Source: the human T2T-CHM13v2.0 reference genome, Homo sapiens
NCBI GenBank assembly: GCA_009914755.4
Contig: CP086569.2
Coordinates: 40,512,001-40,576,000 of the forward strand
Direction of reading: 5' to 3'
Length of the DNA stretch: 64,000 nucleotides
Part shown: positions 14,190 to 28,427 of the stretch, piece after piece
Layout: each line of letters begins with the position of its first letter
Position numbering within the stretch: position 1 is the stretch's first letter
Program-made: the position numbers and the translations under genes
The notes under the pieces: generated by a model
Seen by the model: only the letters and a program-made list of their open reading frames with translations
Database searches by the model: none
Told to the model about the DNA's origin: nothing

Positions 14190-17100
14190 GGAATCGAACC
14201 ACAAGGAATGGACAGGAATAGAATGGTCTCGAATTGAATGGAATCGTATGGAATGGCATCAAACGGAATGGAATGGACAGCCACGGAATGGAATGCACTC
14301 GAATGCAATGGAGTCGAATCTAATGGACTGGAATAGAATGGACTCGACTGGTACGGACTCCAATGGAATGGAATCGAATGGAAGGGAATCGAACGGAAGG
14401 GAATCGAACGGAATGGACTTGAAGGGAAAAGACTGCAATGGAAAGGTCTCGAATGGAATGGAAATTAATGGAATGGAATGGAATCGAATGAAATGGAGTC
14501 AAAATGAATCGAATCGAATGGCAAGAAATCGAATGTAATGGAATCGCCAGGAATTGATGTGAACGGAACGGAATGGAATGGAATCCAAAGGAATGGAATA
14601 GAATGGAATGGAATCGAATGGAAAGGACTCGAATGGAAATCACTCGAATAGAATGCAATTTAATAAAATAGGATCAAATGTAATGGAATGGAATGGAAAG
14701 GAATCGAAACGAAAGGAATGGAGACAGATGGAATGGAATGGAACAGAGAGCAATGGTATAGAATGGAATGGAATCATCTGGAATGGAATTGAATGGAATG
14801 GAATAATATGAAATGGAATGGAATGGAATGGAATGGAATGCCCTTGAATTAAATGGACTGGAATGGAATGGACTCAAACAGAGTGGAATGGAAAGTGTGG
14901 AGATAGAATGGAATGAACTCCTTTGGAATGGTCTAGTAGGCAATGCAATCGACTGGCAGGGAATCAAAAGGAATGTAATCGAATGGATTGGACTGGAATG
15001 CAATGGACTCGAATAGATTGGAAACGGAATGCAAAGAATGGAATGGAATAGTATGGAATGGAATGGAAAGGAATGGAGTGGAACAGACTAGAGTGGAATG
15101 GAATGGACTGGAAAGCAATGGACTGGAATGGAACTTTCTTGAATGGACTGGAATCAAACGGAATGGAATGCAATGCAATCAAATGGCATGGAATAAAATA
15201 GAATGAAAGAGAATCAAATGGAATTGAATCGAATGGAATCGAATGGATTGGAAAGGAATAGAATGGAATGGAATGGAATTGACTCAAATGGAATCTACTA
15301 GAATGGAATGGATTCGAATGGAAGGCAAAGGAATGGAATCTATTGGAATGGACTGTAATGGAATGGAATGGAAGGGATTGGAATGGACTCGAATGGAATG
15401 GACTGCAATAGAAAGGATTCGAATGGAATGAAAAAGAATTGAATGGAATAGAACAGAATGGAATCAAATCGAATGAAATGGAATGGAATAGAAAGGAATG
15501 GAATGAAATGGAATGGAAAGGATTCGAATGGAATGCAATCGAATGGAATGGAATCGAACGGAATGGAATAAAATGGAAGAAAACTGGCAAGAAATGGAAT
15601 CGAAATGAATGGAGTGTTATGGAACGGACTCAAAAGGAATTGAATGTAATAGAATGGAGTGGAGTGGACTCGAATATAATGGACTGGAATGGAATGAAAT
15701 CACATGGAATGGGAACGAATGGAATGGAATGGAAAGGAATGGAATCGAATGGAAAGGAATCGAATGGAAGGGAATGAAATTGAATCAACAGGAATGGAAG
15801 GGAATAGAATAGACGGTAATGGAATGGACTCGAATAGAATGGACACGAATGCTCAAATTCAATGGACTCGAATGGAATGGAAACGAAAGGAATGTCATCG
15901 AATGGAATTGAATCGATTGGAATGAAATCGCATAGAATGGAGTGGAATCAAATGGAATTGAATCGAAAGGAAAGGAAGCGAATGGACTGAAATGAAATGG
16001 AATGGAATTGAATGGAAAGTAATGCAATGGAATAGAATGGAACGAAATTTCACGGAATGGAATCAAACTGAATGGAATCAAATCAATGGAATCAAATCAA
16101 ATGGAATGGAAAGGAATTGAATGGAGTAGATGGGATTGGATGGGATTGGAATGAAATGTACTGGAAAGGACTCGAATTTCATGAAACGGAATGGAATGAA
16201 TTGGAACGGAATGGACTCGAATGGAATGGAATGTCATGGGATGGCATCAAATGGAATGGCATCAAATGGAATGGAATCGAATGCAATGGAATGCTATGGA
16301 ATGGAATGGAATGCATTGGAATGGAATGTCCTCTAATGGAATGGATTCGAGTGGAATGGAATTGAATATAATGGAGTCGAATGAAATGGAATTGAAAGGA
16401 ATGGGATCGAATACAATGGAATATACTGGAATGTAACGTAATGAACTCGAATATAATTAACTGGAATGGAATGTACATGAATGGAATGTAATCGAATGGA
16501 AAGTAATCCAATGGAATAGAATCTAATGCAATAAAATCGACTCAGATAGAGTAGAATGTAATGGAATGGAGTGCAGTGCAATGGAATGGAATGGAATGGA
16601 ATGCAATGGAATGGAATGGAATGGAATGGAATGGAATGGAATGGAATGGAATGGGATGGAATGGTATGGAATGGATAGTAATGGACTGGAGTGAAATGGA
16701 CTGGAAAGGAATGGACTCAAATTGAAAGGGCTCGAAAGGAATGGATTCAAATGGAATGGTCTGAAATGGAATGAACACGAATGTAATGCAACCCAATAGA
16801 ATGGAATCGAATGGCATGGAATGTAAAGAAATGGAATCGAAGAGAATGGAAACAAATGGAATGGAATTGAATGGAATGGGAACGAATGGAGTGAAATTGT
16901 ATGCAGTAGAAGAGAATAGAATGGAATGCAAGCGAAAGGAAAGGAATGGATTGGAATGGAATGGAATTCATTGGAATGGAAGGGAATGTAGTGTAATGGA
17001 CAGGCCTGGAATAAAGTGGAATGCTACGGTCTCGAATGGAATAAAAATGTATGGAATGGAATGCAATGAAACGGAATCGAATGTCATAGAATGTAATGGA

Positions 17101-17757
17101 ATGCAAAAAAATGGAATCCAAAATCATTGACTGGAAAGTCTGGGTGTCGAAAGGAATTGACTCCAATGGAATGGAATCGAATGGAATGGAAGTGAATAGA
17201 ATCGAACTAAATCGAATGGAATGGAATTGATAGGAACGGAATGGAAAGGAATGCAATGATTTGGCATGGAATGGAATCGAATGGCATCGAATGGAATGGA
17301 ATGGAATGCAATGGAATGGAATGTATTAGAATGTAATGAACTTTAATGGAATGTACTCGAATGGATTCGACTGGAATGGAATGTTCTGGAAGTGAATGGA
17401 CTCCAATGGAATGGATTCAAAAGGAATGGAATCGTACGGAATGGAATCTAATGGAATGGAATTAAATGGAAATGAATCAAATTGAATAGCACGGAATTGA
17501 ATTGAATGGAATCGAATGCAATGGAATCTAATGAAACGGAAAGGAAAGGAATGCAATGGAATGGAATGGAATGGAATGCAAATGAATCGAAACGAATGGA
17601 ATGGAATCGAACTGAAGAGACTGGAATGGAATGCACTGGAATGGAAGGGAGTGTCATGGAAGGTTCTCGAAAAAAATGGAATCGAATGGAATGGAATTGA
17701 ATGGAACGGAATAGAGTCGAATGGAATTGAATGGAATGGAATGGACTAGAGTGAAAT
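14190..17757 (+). repeat. HOR unit 5 (3,568 bp)
   Basis: Landmark at 14190 and the same internal landmark order. Confidence 0.9.
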
Positions 17758-20700
17758 GGAATCGAACCACAAGGAATGGACAGGAATAGAATGGTCTCGA
17801 ATTGAATGGAATCGTATGGAATGGCATCAAACGGAATGGAAAGGACAGCCACGGAATGGAATGCACTCGAATGCAACGGAGTCGAAACTAATGGACTGGA
17901 ATAGAATGGACTCGACTGGTACGGACTCCAATGGAATGGAATCGAATGGAAGTGAATCGAACGGAATGGACTCGAAGGGAAAAGACTGCAATGGAAAGGT
18001 CTCGAATGGAATGGAAATTAATGGAATGGAATGGAATCGAATGAAATGGAGTCAAAAGGAATGGAATCGAATGGCAAGAAATCGAATGTAATGGAATCGC
18101 AAGGAATTGATGTGAACGGAACGGAATGGAATGGAATCCAAAGGAATGGAATAGAATGGAATGGAATCGAATGGAAAGGACTGGAATGGAAATCACTCGA
18201 ATAGAATGCAATTTAATAAAATAGGGTCAAATGTAATGGAATGGAATGGAAAGGAATCGAAACGAAAGGAATGGAGACAGATGGAATGGAATGGGACAGA
18301 GAGCAATGGTATAGAATGGAATGGAATCATCTGGAATGGAATTGAATGGAATGGAATAATATGAAATGGAATGGAATGGAATGGAATGGAATGCCCTTGA
18401 ATTAAATGGACTGGAATGGAATGGACTCGAACAGAGTGGAATGGAAAGTGTTGAGATAGAATGGAATGGACTCTTTTGGAATGGTCTAGTATGCAATGCA
18501 ATCGACTGGCAGGGAATCAAAAGGAATGTAATCGAATGGATTAGACTGGAATGCAATGGACTCGAATAGATTGGAAACGGAATGCAAAGGAATGGAATGG
18601 AATAGTATGGAATGGAATGGAAAGGAATGGAGTGGAATAGACTAGAGTGGAATGGAATGGACTGGAAAGCAATGGACTGGAATGGAACTTTCTTGAATGG
18701 ACTGGAATCAAACGGAATGGAATGCAATGCAATCAAATGGCATGGAATAAAATAGAATGAAAGAGAATCAAATGGAATTGAATCGAATGGAATCGAATGG
18801 ATTGGAAAGGAATAGAATGGAATGGAATGGAATTGACTCAAATGGAATGGACTAGAATGGAATGGATTCGAATGGAAGGCAAAGGAATGGAATCTATTGG
18901 AATGGACTGTAATGGAATGGAATGGAAGGGATTGGAATGGACTCGAATGGAATGGACTGCAATAGAAAGGATTCGAATGGAATGAAAAAGAGTTGAATGG
19001 AATAGAACAGAATGGAATCAAATCGAATGAAATGGAATGGAATAGAAAGGAATGGAATGAAATGGAATGGAAAGGATTCGAATGGAATGCAATCGAATGG
19101 AATGGAATCGAACGGAATGGAATAAAATGGAAGAAAACTGGCAAGAAATGGAATCGAAATGAATGGAGTGTTATGGAACGGACTCAAAAGGAATTGAATG
19201 TAATAGAATGGAGTGGAGTGGACTCGAATATAATGGACTGGAATGGAATGAAATCACATGGAATGGGAACGAATGGAATGGAATGGAAAGGAATGGAATC
19301 GAATGGAAAGGAATCGAATGGAAGGGAATGAAATTGAATCAACAGGAATGGAAGGGAATAGAATAGACGGTAATGGAATGGACTCGAATAGAATGGACAC
19401 GAATGCTCAAATTGAATGGACTCGAATGGAATGGAAACGAAAGGAATGTCATCGAATGGAATTGAATCGATTGGAATGAAATCGCATAGAATGGAGTGGA
19501 ATCAAATGGAATTGAATCGAAAGGAAAGGAAGCGAATGGACTGAAATGAAATGGAATGGAATTGAATGGAAAGTAATGCAATGGAATAGAATGGAACGAA
19601 ATTTCACGGAATGGAATCAAACTGAATGGAATCAAATCAATGGAATCAAATCAAATGGAATGGAAAGGAATTGAATGGAGTAGATTGGATTGGATGGGAT
19701 TGGAATGAAATGTACTGGAAAGGACTCGAATTTCATGAAACGGAATGGAATGAATTGGAACGGAATGGACTCGAATGGAATGGAATGTCATGGAATGGCA
19801 TCAAATGGAATGGCATCAAATGGAATGGAATCGAATGCAATGGAATGCTATGGAATGGAATGGAATGCATTGGAATGGAATGTCCTCTAATGGAATGGAT
19901 TCGAGTGGAATGGAATCGAATATAATGGAGTCGAATGAAAAGGAATTGAAAGAATGGGATCGAATACAATGGAATATACTGGAATGTAATGTAATGAACT
20001 CGAATGTAATTGACTGGAATGGAATGTACATGAATGGAATGTAATCGAATGGAAAGTAATCCAATGGAATAGAATCTAATGCAATAAAATCGACTCAGAT
20101 AGAGTAGAATGTAATGGAATGGAGTGCAGTGCAATGGAATGGAATGGAATGGAATGCAATGGAATGGAATGGAATGGAATGGAATGGAATGGAATGGAAT
20201 GGGATGGAATGGTATGGAATGGATAGTAATGGACTGGAATGAAATGGACTGGAAAAGAATGGACTCAAATTGAAAGGGCTCGAAAGGAATGGAGTCAAAT
20301 GGAATGGTCTGGAATGGAATGAACACGAATGTAATGCAATCCAATAGAATGGAATCGAATGGCATGGAATATAAAGAAATGGAATCGAAGAGAATGGAAA
20401 CAAATGGAATGGAATTGAATGGAATGGAATTGAATGGAATGGGAACGAATGGAGTGAAATTGTATGCAGTAGAAGAGAATAGAATGGAATTCAAGCGAAA
20501 GGAAAGGAATGGATTGCAATGGAATGGAATTCATTGGAATGGAAGGGAATGTAGTGTAATGGACAGGCCTGGAATAAAGTGGAATGTTACGGTCTCGAAT
20601 GGAATAAAAATGTATGGAATGGAATGCAATGAAACGGAATCGAATGTCATAGAATGTAATGGAATGCAAAAAAATGGAATCCAAAATCATTGACTGGAAA

Positions 20701-21315
20701 GGCTGGGTGTCGAAAGGAATTGACTCCAATGGAATGGAATCGAATGGAATGGAAGTGAATAGAATCGAACTAAATCGAATGGAATGGAATTGATAGGAAC
20801 GGAATGGAAAGGAATGCAATGATTTGGCATGGAATGGAATCGAATGGCATCGAATGGAATGGAATGCAATGGAATGGAATGTATTAGAATGTAATGAACA
20901 TTAATGGAATGTACTCGAATGGATTCGACTGGAATGGAATGTTCTGGAAGTGAATGGACTCCAATGGAATGGATTCGAAAGGAATGGAATCGAACGGAAT
21001 GGAATCTAATGGAATGGAATTAAATGGAAATGAATCAAATTGAATAGCACGGAATTGAATTGAATGGAATCGAATGCAATGGAATCTAATGAAACGGAAA
21101 GGAAAGGAATGGAATGGAATGGAATGGGCTGGAATGGAAAGGAATCGAAACGAATGGAATGGAATCGAACTGAAGAGACTGGAATGGAATGCACTGGAAT
21201 GGAAGGGAGTGTAATGGAAGGTTCTCGAAAATAATGGAAGCAAATGGAATGGAATTGAATGGAACGGAATAGAGTCGAATGGAATTGAATGGAATGGAAT
21301 GGACTAGAGTGAAAT
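17758..21315 (+). repeat. HOR unit 6 (3,558 bp); first unit of the 7.1 kb duplicated block
   Basis: Landmark at 17758. Identical artefact ORFs recur at +7,112 bp (for example 18227..19144 = 25339..26256). Confidence 0.9.
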
Positions 21316-24300
21316 GGAATCGAACCACAAGGAATGGACAGGAATAGAATGGTCTCGAATTGAATGGAATCGTATGGAATGGCATCAAACGGAATGGAAT
21401 GGACAGCCACGGAATGGAATGCACTCGAATGCAATGGAGTCGAAACTTATGGACTGGAATAGAATGGACTCGACTGGTACGGACTCCAATGGAATGGAAT
21501 CGAATGGAAGGGATTCGAACGGAATGGACTCGAAGGGAAAAGACTGCAATGGAAAGGTCTCGAATGGAATGGAAATTAATGGAATGGAATGGAATCGAAT
21601 GAAATGGAGTCAAAAGGAAAGGAATCGAATGGCAAGAAATCGAATGTAATGGAATCGCAAGGAATTGATGTGAACGGAACGGAATGGAATGGAATCCAAA
21701 GGAATGGAATAGAATGGAATGGAATCGAATGGAAAGGACTCGAATGGAAATCACTCGAATAGAATGCAATTTAATAAAATAGGATCAAATGTAATTGAAT
21801 AGAATGGAAAGGAATCGAAACGAAAGGAATGGAGACAGATGGAATGGAATGGAACAGAGAGCAATGGTATAGAATGGAATGGAATCATCTGGAATGGAAT
21901 TGAATGGAATGGAATAATATGAAATGGAATGGAATGGAATAGAATGGAATGCCCTTGAATTAAATGGACTGGAATGGAATGGACTCGAACAGAGTGGAAT
22001 GGAAAGTGTTGAGATAGAATGGAATGGACTCTTTTGGAATGGTCTAGTATGCAATGCAATCGACTGGCAGGGAATCAAAAGGAATGTAATCGAATGGATT
22101 AGACTGGAATGCAATGGACTCGAATAGATTGGAAACGGAATGCAAAGGAATGGAATGGAATAGTATGGAATGGAATGGAAAGGAATGGAGTGGAATAGAC
22201 TAGAGTGGAATGGAATGGACTGGAAAGCAATGGACTGGAATGGAACTTTCTTGAATGGACTGGAATCAAACGGAATGGAATGCAATGCAATCAAATGGCA
22301 TGGAATAAAATAGAATGAAAGAGAATCAAATGGAATTGAATCGAATGGAATCGAATGGATTGGAAAGGAATAGAATGGAATGGAATGGAATGGACTCAAA
22401 TGGAATGGACTAGAATGGAATGGATTCGAATGGAAGGCAAAGGAATGGAATCTATTGGAATGGACTGTAATGGAATGGAATGGAAGGGATTGGAATGGAC
22501 TCGAATGGAATGGACTGCAATAGAAAGGATTCGAATGGAATGAAAAAGAGTTGAATGGAATAGAACAGAATGGAATCAAATCGAATGAAATGGAATGGAA
22601 TAGAAAGGAATGGAATGAAATGGAATGGAAAGGATTCGAATGGAATGCAATCGAATGGAATGGAATCGAACGGAATGGAATAAAATGGAAGAAAACTGGC
22701 AAGAAATGGAATCGAAATGAATGGAGTGTTATGGAACGGACTCAAAAGGAATTGAATGTAATAGAATGGAGTGGAGTGGACTCGAATATAATGGACTGGA
22801 ATGGAATGAAATCACATGGAATGGGAACGAATGGAATGGAATGGAAAGGAATGGAATCGAATGGAAAGGAATCGAATGGAAGGGAATGAAATTGAATCAA
22901 CAGGAATGGAAGGGAATAGAATAGACGGTAATGGAATGGACTCGAATAGAATGGACACGAATGCTCAAATTGAATGGACTCGAATGGAATGGAAACGAAA
23001 GGAATGTCATCGAATGGAATTGAATCGATTGGAATGAAATCGCATAGAATGGAGTGGAATCAAATGGAATTGAATCGAAAGGAAAGGAAGCGAATGGACT
23101 GAAATGAAATGGAATGGAATTGAATGGAAAGTAATGCAATGGAATAGAATGGAACGAAATTTCACGGAATGGAATCAAACTGAATGGAATCAAATCAATG
23201 GAATCAAATCAAATGGAATGGAAAGGAATTGAATGGAGTAGATTGGATTGGATGGGATTGGAATGAAATGTACTGGAAAGGACTCGAATTTCATGAAACG
23301 GAATGGAATGAATTGGAACGGAATGGACTCGAATGGAATGGAATGTCATGGAATGGCATCAAATGGAATGGCATCAAATGGAATGGAATCGAATGCAATG
23401 GAATGCTATGGAATGGAATGGAATGCATTGGAATGGAATGTCCTCTAATGGAATGGATTCGAGTGGAATGGAATCGAATATAATGGAGTCGAATGAAATG
23501 GAATTGAAAGGAATGGGATCGAATACAATGGAATATACTGGAATGTAATGTAATGAACTCGAATGTAATTGACTGGAATGGAATGTACATGAATGGAATG
23601 TAATCGAATGGAAAGTAATCCAATGGAATAGAATCTAATGCAATAAAATCGACTCAGATAGAGTAGAATGTAATGGAATGGAGTGCAGTGCAATGGAATG
23701 GAATGGAATGGAATGCAATGGAATGGAATGGAATGGAATGGAATGGAATGGAATGGAATGGAATGGGATGGAATGGTATGGAATGGATAGTAATGGACTG
23801 GAGTGAAATGGACTGGAAAGGAATGGACTCAAATTGAAAGGGCTCGAAAGGAATGGATTCAAATGGAATGGTCTGAAATGGAATGAACACGAATGTAATG
23901 CAACCCAATAGAATGGAATCGAATGGCATGGAATGTAAAGAAATGGAATCGAAGAGAATGGAAACAAATGGAATGGAATTGAATGGAATGGGAACGAATG
24001 GAGTGAAATTGTATGCAGTAGAAGAGAATAGAATGGAATGCAAGCGAAAGGAAAGGAATGGATTGGAATGGAATGGAATTCATTGGAATGGAAGGGAATG
24101 TAGTGTAATGGACAGGCCTGGAATAAAGTGGAATGCTACGGTCTCGAATGGAATAAAAATGTATGGAATGGAATGCAATGAAACGGAATCGAATGTCATA
24201 GAATGTAATGGAATGCAAAAAAATGGAATCCAAAATCATTGACTGGAAAGTCTGGGTGTCGAAAGGAATTGACTCCAATGGAATGGAATCGAATGGAATG

Positions 24301-24869
24301 GAAGTGAATAGAATCGAACTAAATCGAATGGAATGGAATTGATAGGAACGGAATGGAAAGGAATGCAATGATTTGGCATGGAATGGAATCGAATGGCATC
24401 GAATGGAATGGAATGGAATGCAATGGAATGGAATGTATTAGAATGTAATGAACTTTAATGGAATGTACTCGAATGGATTCGACTGGAATGGAATGTTCTG
24501 GAAGTGAATGGACTCCAATGGAATGGATTCAAAAGGAATGGAATCGTACGGAATGGAATCTAATGGAATGGAATTAAATGGAAATGAATCAAATTGAATA
24601 GCACGGAATTGAATTGAATGGAATCGAATGCAATGGAATCTAATGAAACGGAAAGGAAAGGAATGCAATGGAATGGAATGGAATGGAATGCAAATGAATC
24701 GAAACGAATGGAATGGAATCGAACTGAAGAGACTGGAATGGAATGCACTGGAATGGAAGGGAGTGTCATGGAAGGTTCTCGAAAAAAATGGAATCGAATG
24801 GAATGGAATTGAATGGAACGGAATAGAGTCGAATGGAATTGAATGGAATGGAATGGACTAGAGTGAAAT
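21316..24869 (+). repeat. HOR unit 7 (3,554 bp); second unit of the 7.1 kb duplicated block
   Basis: Landmark at 21316. ORFs 21086..21769 and 28198..28881 are identical. Confidence 0.9.
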
Positions 24870-27800
24870 GGAATCGAACCACAAGGAATGGACAGGAATA
24901 GAATGGTCTCGAATTGAATGGAATCGTATGGAATGGCATCAAACGGAATGGAAAGGACAGCCACGGAATGGAATGCACTCGAATGCAACGGAGTCGAAAC
25001 TAATGGACTGGAATAGAATGGACTCGACTGGTACGGACTCCAATGGAATGGAATCGAATGGAAGTGAATCGAACGGAATGGACTCGAAGGGAAAAGACTG
25101 CAATGGAAAGGTCTCGAATGGAATGGAAATTAATGGAATGGAATGGAATCGAATGAAATGGAGTCAAAAGGAATGGAATCGAATGGCAAGAAATCGAATG
25201 TAATGGAATCGCAAGGAATTGATGTGAACGGAACGGAATGGAATGGAATCCAAAGGAATGGAATAGAATGGAATGGAATCGAATGGAAAGGACTGGAATG
25301 GAAATCACTCGAATAGAATGCAATTTAATAAAATAGGGTCAAATGTAATGGAATGGAATGGAAAGGAATCGAAACGAAAGGAATGGAGACAGATGGAATG
25401 GAATGGGACAGAGAGCAATGGTATAGAATGGAATGGAATCATCTGGAATGGAATTGAATGGAATGGAATAATATGAAATGGAATGGAATGGAATGGAATG
25501 GAATGCCCTTGAATTAAATGGACTGGAATGGAATGGACTCGAACAGAGTGGAATGGAAAGTGTTGAGATAGAATGGAATGGACTCTTTTGGAATGGTCTA
25601 GTATGCAATGCAATCGACTGGCAGGGAATCAAAAGGAATGTAATCGAATGGATTAGACTGGAATGCAATGGACTCGAATAGATTGGAAACGGAATGCAAA
25701 GGAATGGAATGGAATAGTATGGAATGGAATGGAAAGGAATGGAGTGGAATAGACTAGAGTGGAATGGAATGGACTGGAAAGCAATGGACTGGAATGGAAC
25801 TTTCTTGAATGGACTGGAATCAAACGGAATGGAATGCAATGCAATCAAATGGCATGGAATAAAATAGAATGAAAGAGAATCAAATGGAATTGAATCGAAT
25901 GGAATCGAATGGATTGGAAAGGAATAGAATGGAATGGAATGGAATTGACTCAAATGGAATGGACTAGAATGGAATGGATTCGAATGGAAGGCAAAGGAAT
26001 GGAATCTATTGGAATGGACTGTAATGGAATGGAATGGAAGGGATTGGAATGGACTCGAATGGAATGGACTGCAATAGAAAGGATTCGAATGGAATGAAAA
26101 AGAGTTGAATGGAATAGAACAGAATGGAATCAAATCGAATGAAATGGAATGGAATAGAAAGGAATGGAATGAAATGGAATGGAAAGGATTCGAATGGAAT
26201 GCAATCGAATGGAATGGAATCGAACGGAATGGAATAAAATGGAAGAAAACTGGCAAGAAATGGAATCGAAATGAATGGAGTGTTATGGAACGGACTCAAA
26301 AGGAATTGAATGTAATAGAATGGAGTGGAGTGGACTCGAATATAATGGACTGGAATGGAATGAAATCACATGGAATGGGAACGAATGGAATGGAATGGAA
26401 AGGAATGGAATCGAATGGAAAGGAATCGAATGGAAGGGAATGAAATTGAATCAACAGGAATGGAAGGGAATAGAATAGACGGTAATGGAATGGACTCGAA
26501 TAGAATGGACACGAATGCTCAAATTGAATGGACTCGAATGGAATGGAAACGAAAGGAATGTCATCGAATGGAATTGAATCGATTGGAATGAAATCGCATA
26601 GAATGGAGTGGAATCAAATGGAATTGAATCGAAAGGAAAGGAAGCGAATGGACTGAAATGAAATGGAATGGAATTGAATGGAAAGTAATGCAATGGAATA
26701 GAATGGAACGAAATTTCACGGAATGGAATCAAACTGAATGGAATCAAATCAATGGAATCAAATCAAATGGAATGGAAAGGAATTGAATGGAGTAGATTGG
26801 ATTGGATGGGATTGGAATGAAATGTACTGGAAAGGACTCGAATTTCATGAAACGGAATGGAATGAATTGGAACGGAATGGACTCGAATGGAATGGAATGT
26901 CATGGAATGGCATCAAATGGAATGGCATCAAATGGAATGGAATCGAATGCAATGGAATGCTATGGAATGGAATGGAATGCATTGGAATGGAATGTCCTCT
27001 AATGGAATGGATTCGAGTGGAATGGAATCGAATATAATGGAGTCGAATGAAAAGGAATTGAAAGAATGGGATCGAATACAATGGAATATACTGGAATGTA
27101 ATGTAATGAACTCGAATGTAATTGACTGGAATGGAATGTACATGAATGGAATGTAATCGAATGGAAAGTAATCCAATGGAATAGAATCTAATGCAATAAA
27201 ATCGACTCAGATAGAGTAGAATGTAATGGAATGGAGTGCAGTGCAATGGAATGGAATGGAATGGAATGCAATGGAATGGAATGGAATGGAATGGAATGGA
27301 ATGGAATGGAATGGGATGGAATGGTATGGAATGGATAGTAATGGACTGGAATGAAATGGACTGGAAAAGAATGGACTCAAATTGAAAGGGCTCGAAAGGA
27401 ATGGAGTCAAATGGAATGGTCTGGAATGGAATGAACACGAATGTAATGCAATCCAATAGAATGGAATCGAATGGCATGGAATATAAAGAAATGGAATCGA
27501 AGAGAATGGAAACAAATGGAATGGAATTGAATGGAATGGAATTGAATGGAATGGGAACGAATGGAGTGAAATTGTATGCAGTAGAAGAGAATAGAATGGA
27601 ATTCAAGCGAAAGGAAAGGAATGGATTGCAATGGAATGGAATTCATTGGAATGGAAGGGAATGTAGTGTAATGGACAGGCCTGGAATAAAGTGGAATGTT
27701 ACGGTCTCGAATGGAATAAAAATGTATGGAATGGAATGCAATGAAACGGAATCGAATGTCATAGAATGTAATGGAATGCAAAAAAATGGAATCCAAAATC

Positions 27801-28427
27801 ATTGACTGGAAAGGCTGGGTGTCGAAAGGAATTGACTCCAATGGAATGGAATCGAATGGAATGGAAGTGAATAGAATCGAACTAAATCGAATGGAATGGA
27901 ATTGATAGGAACGGAATGGAAAGGAATGCAATGATTTGGCATGGAATGGAATCGAATGGCATCGAATGGAATGGAATGCAATGGAATGGAATGTATTAGA
28001 ATGTAATGAACATTAATGGAATGTACTCGAATGGATTCGACTGGAATGGAATGTTCTGGAAGTGAATGGACTCCAATGGAATGGATTCGAAAGGAATGGA
28101 ATCGAACGGAATGGAATCTAATGGAATGGAATTAAATGGAAATGAATCAAATTGAATAGCACGGAATTGAATTGAATGGAATCGAATGCAATGGAATCTA
28201 ATGAAACGGAAAGGAAAGGAATGGAATGGAATGGAATGGGCTGGAATGGAAAGGAATCGAAACGAATGGAATGGAATCGAACTGAAGAGACTGGAATGGA
28301 ATGCACTGGAATGGAAGGGAGTGTAATGGAAGGTTCTCGAAAATAATGGAAGCAAATGGAATGGAATTGAATGGAACGGAATAGAGTCGAATGGAATTGA
28401 ATGGAATGGAATGGACTAGAGTGAAAT
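24870..28427 (+). repeat. HOR unit 8 (3,558 bp); near-identical copy of unit 6
   Basis: Landmark at 24870, which is 7,112 bp after the unit 6 landmark. Confidence 0.9.

Noticed and set aside
14190-17757. Units 5, 10 and 18 showing a different ORF pattern (109 aa + 208 aa + 72 aa on the + strand) as a structurally distinct, possibly recombinant unit type
   Set aside because: The different ORF pattern traces to single-base indels (caaagaatgg versus caaaggaatgg) that change reading frames. The underlying DNA is collinear with the other units, so this is not a distinct element.
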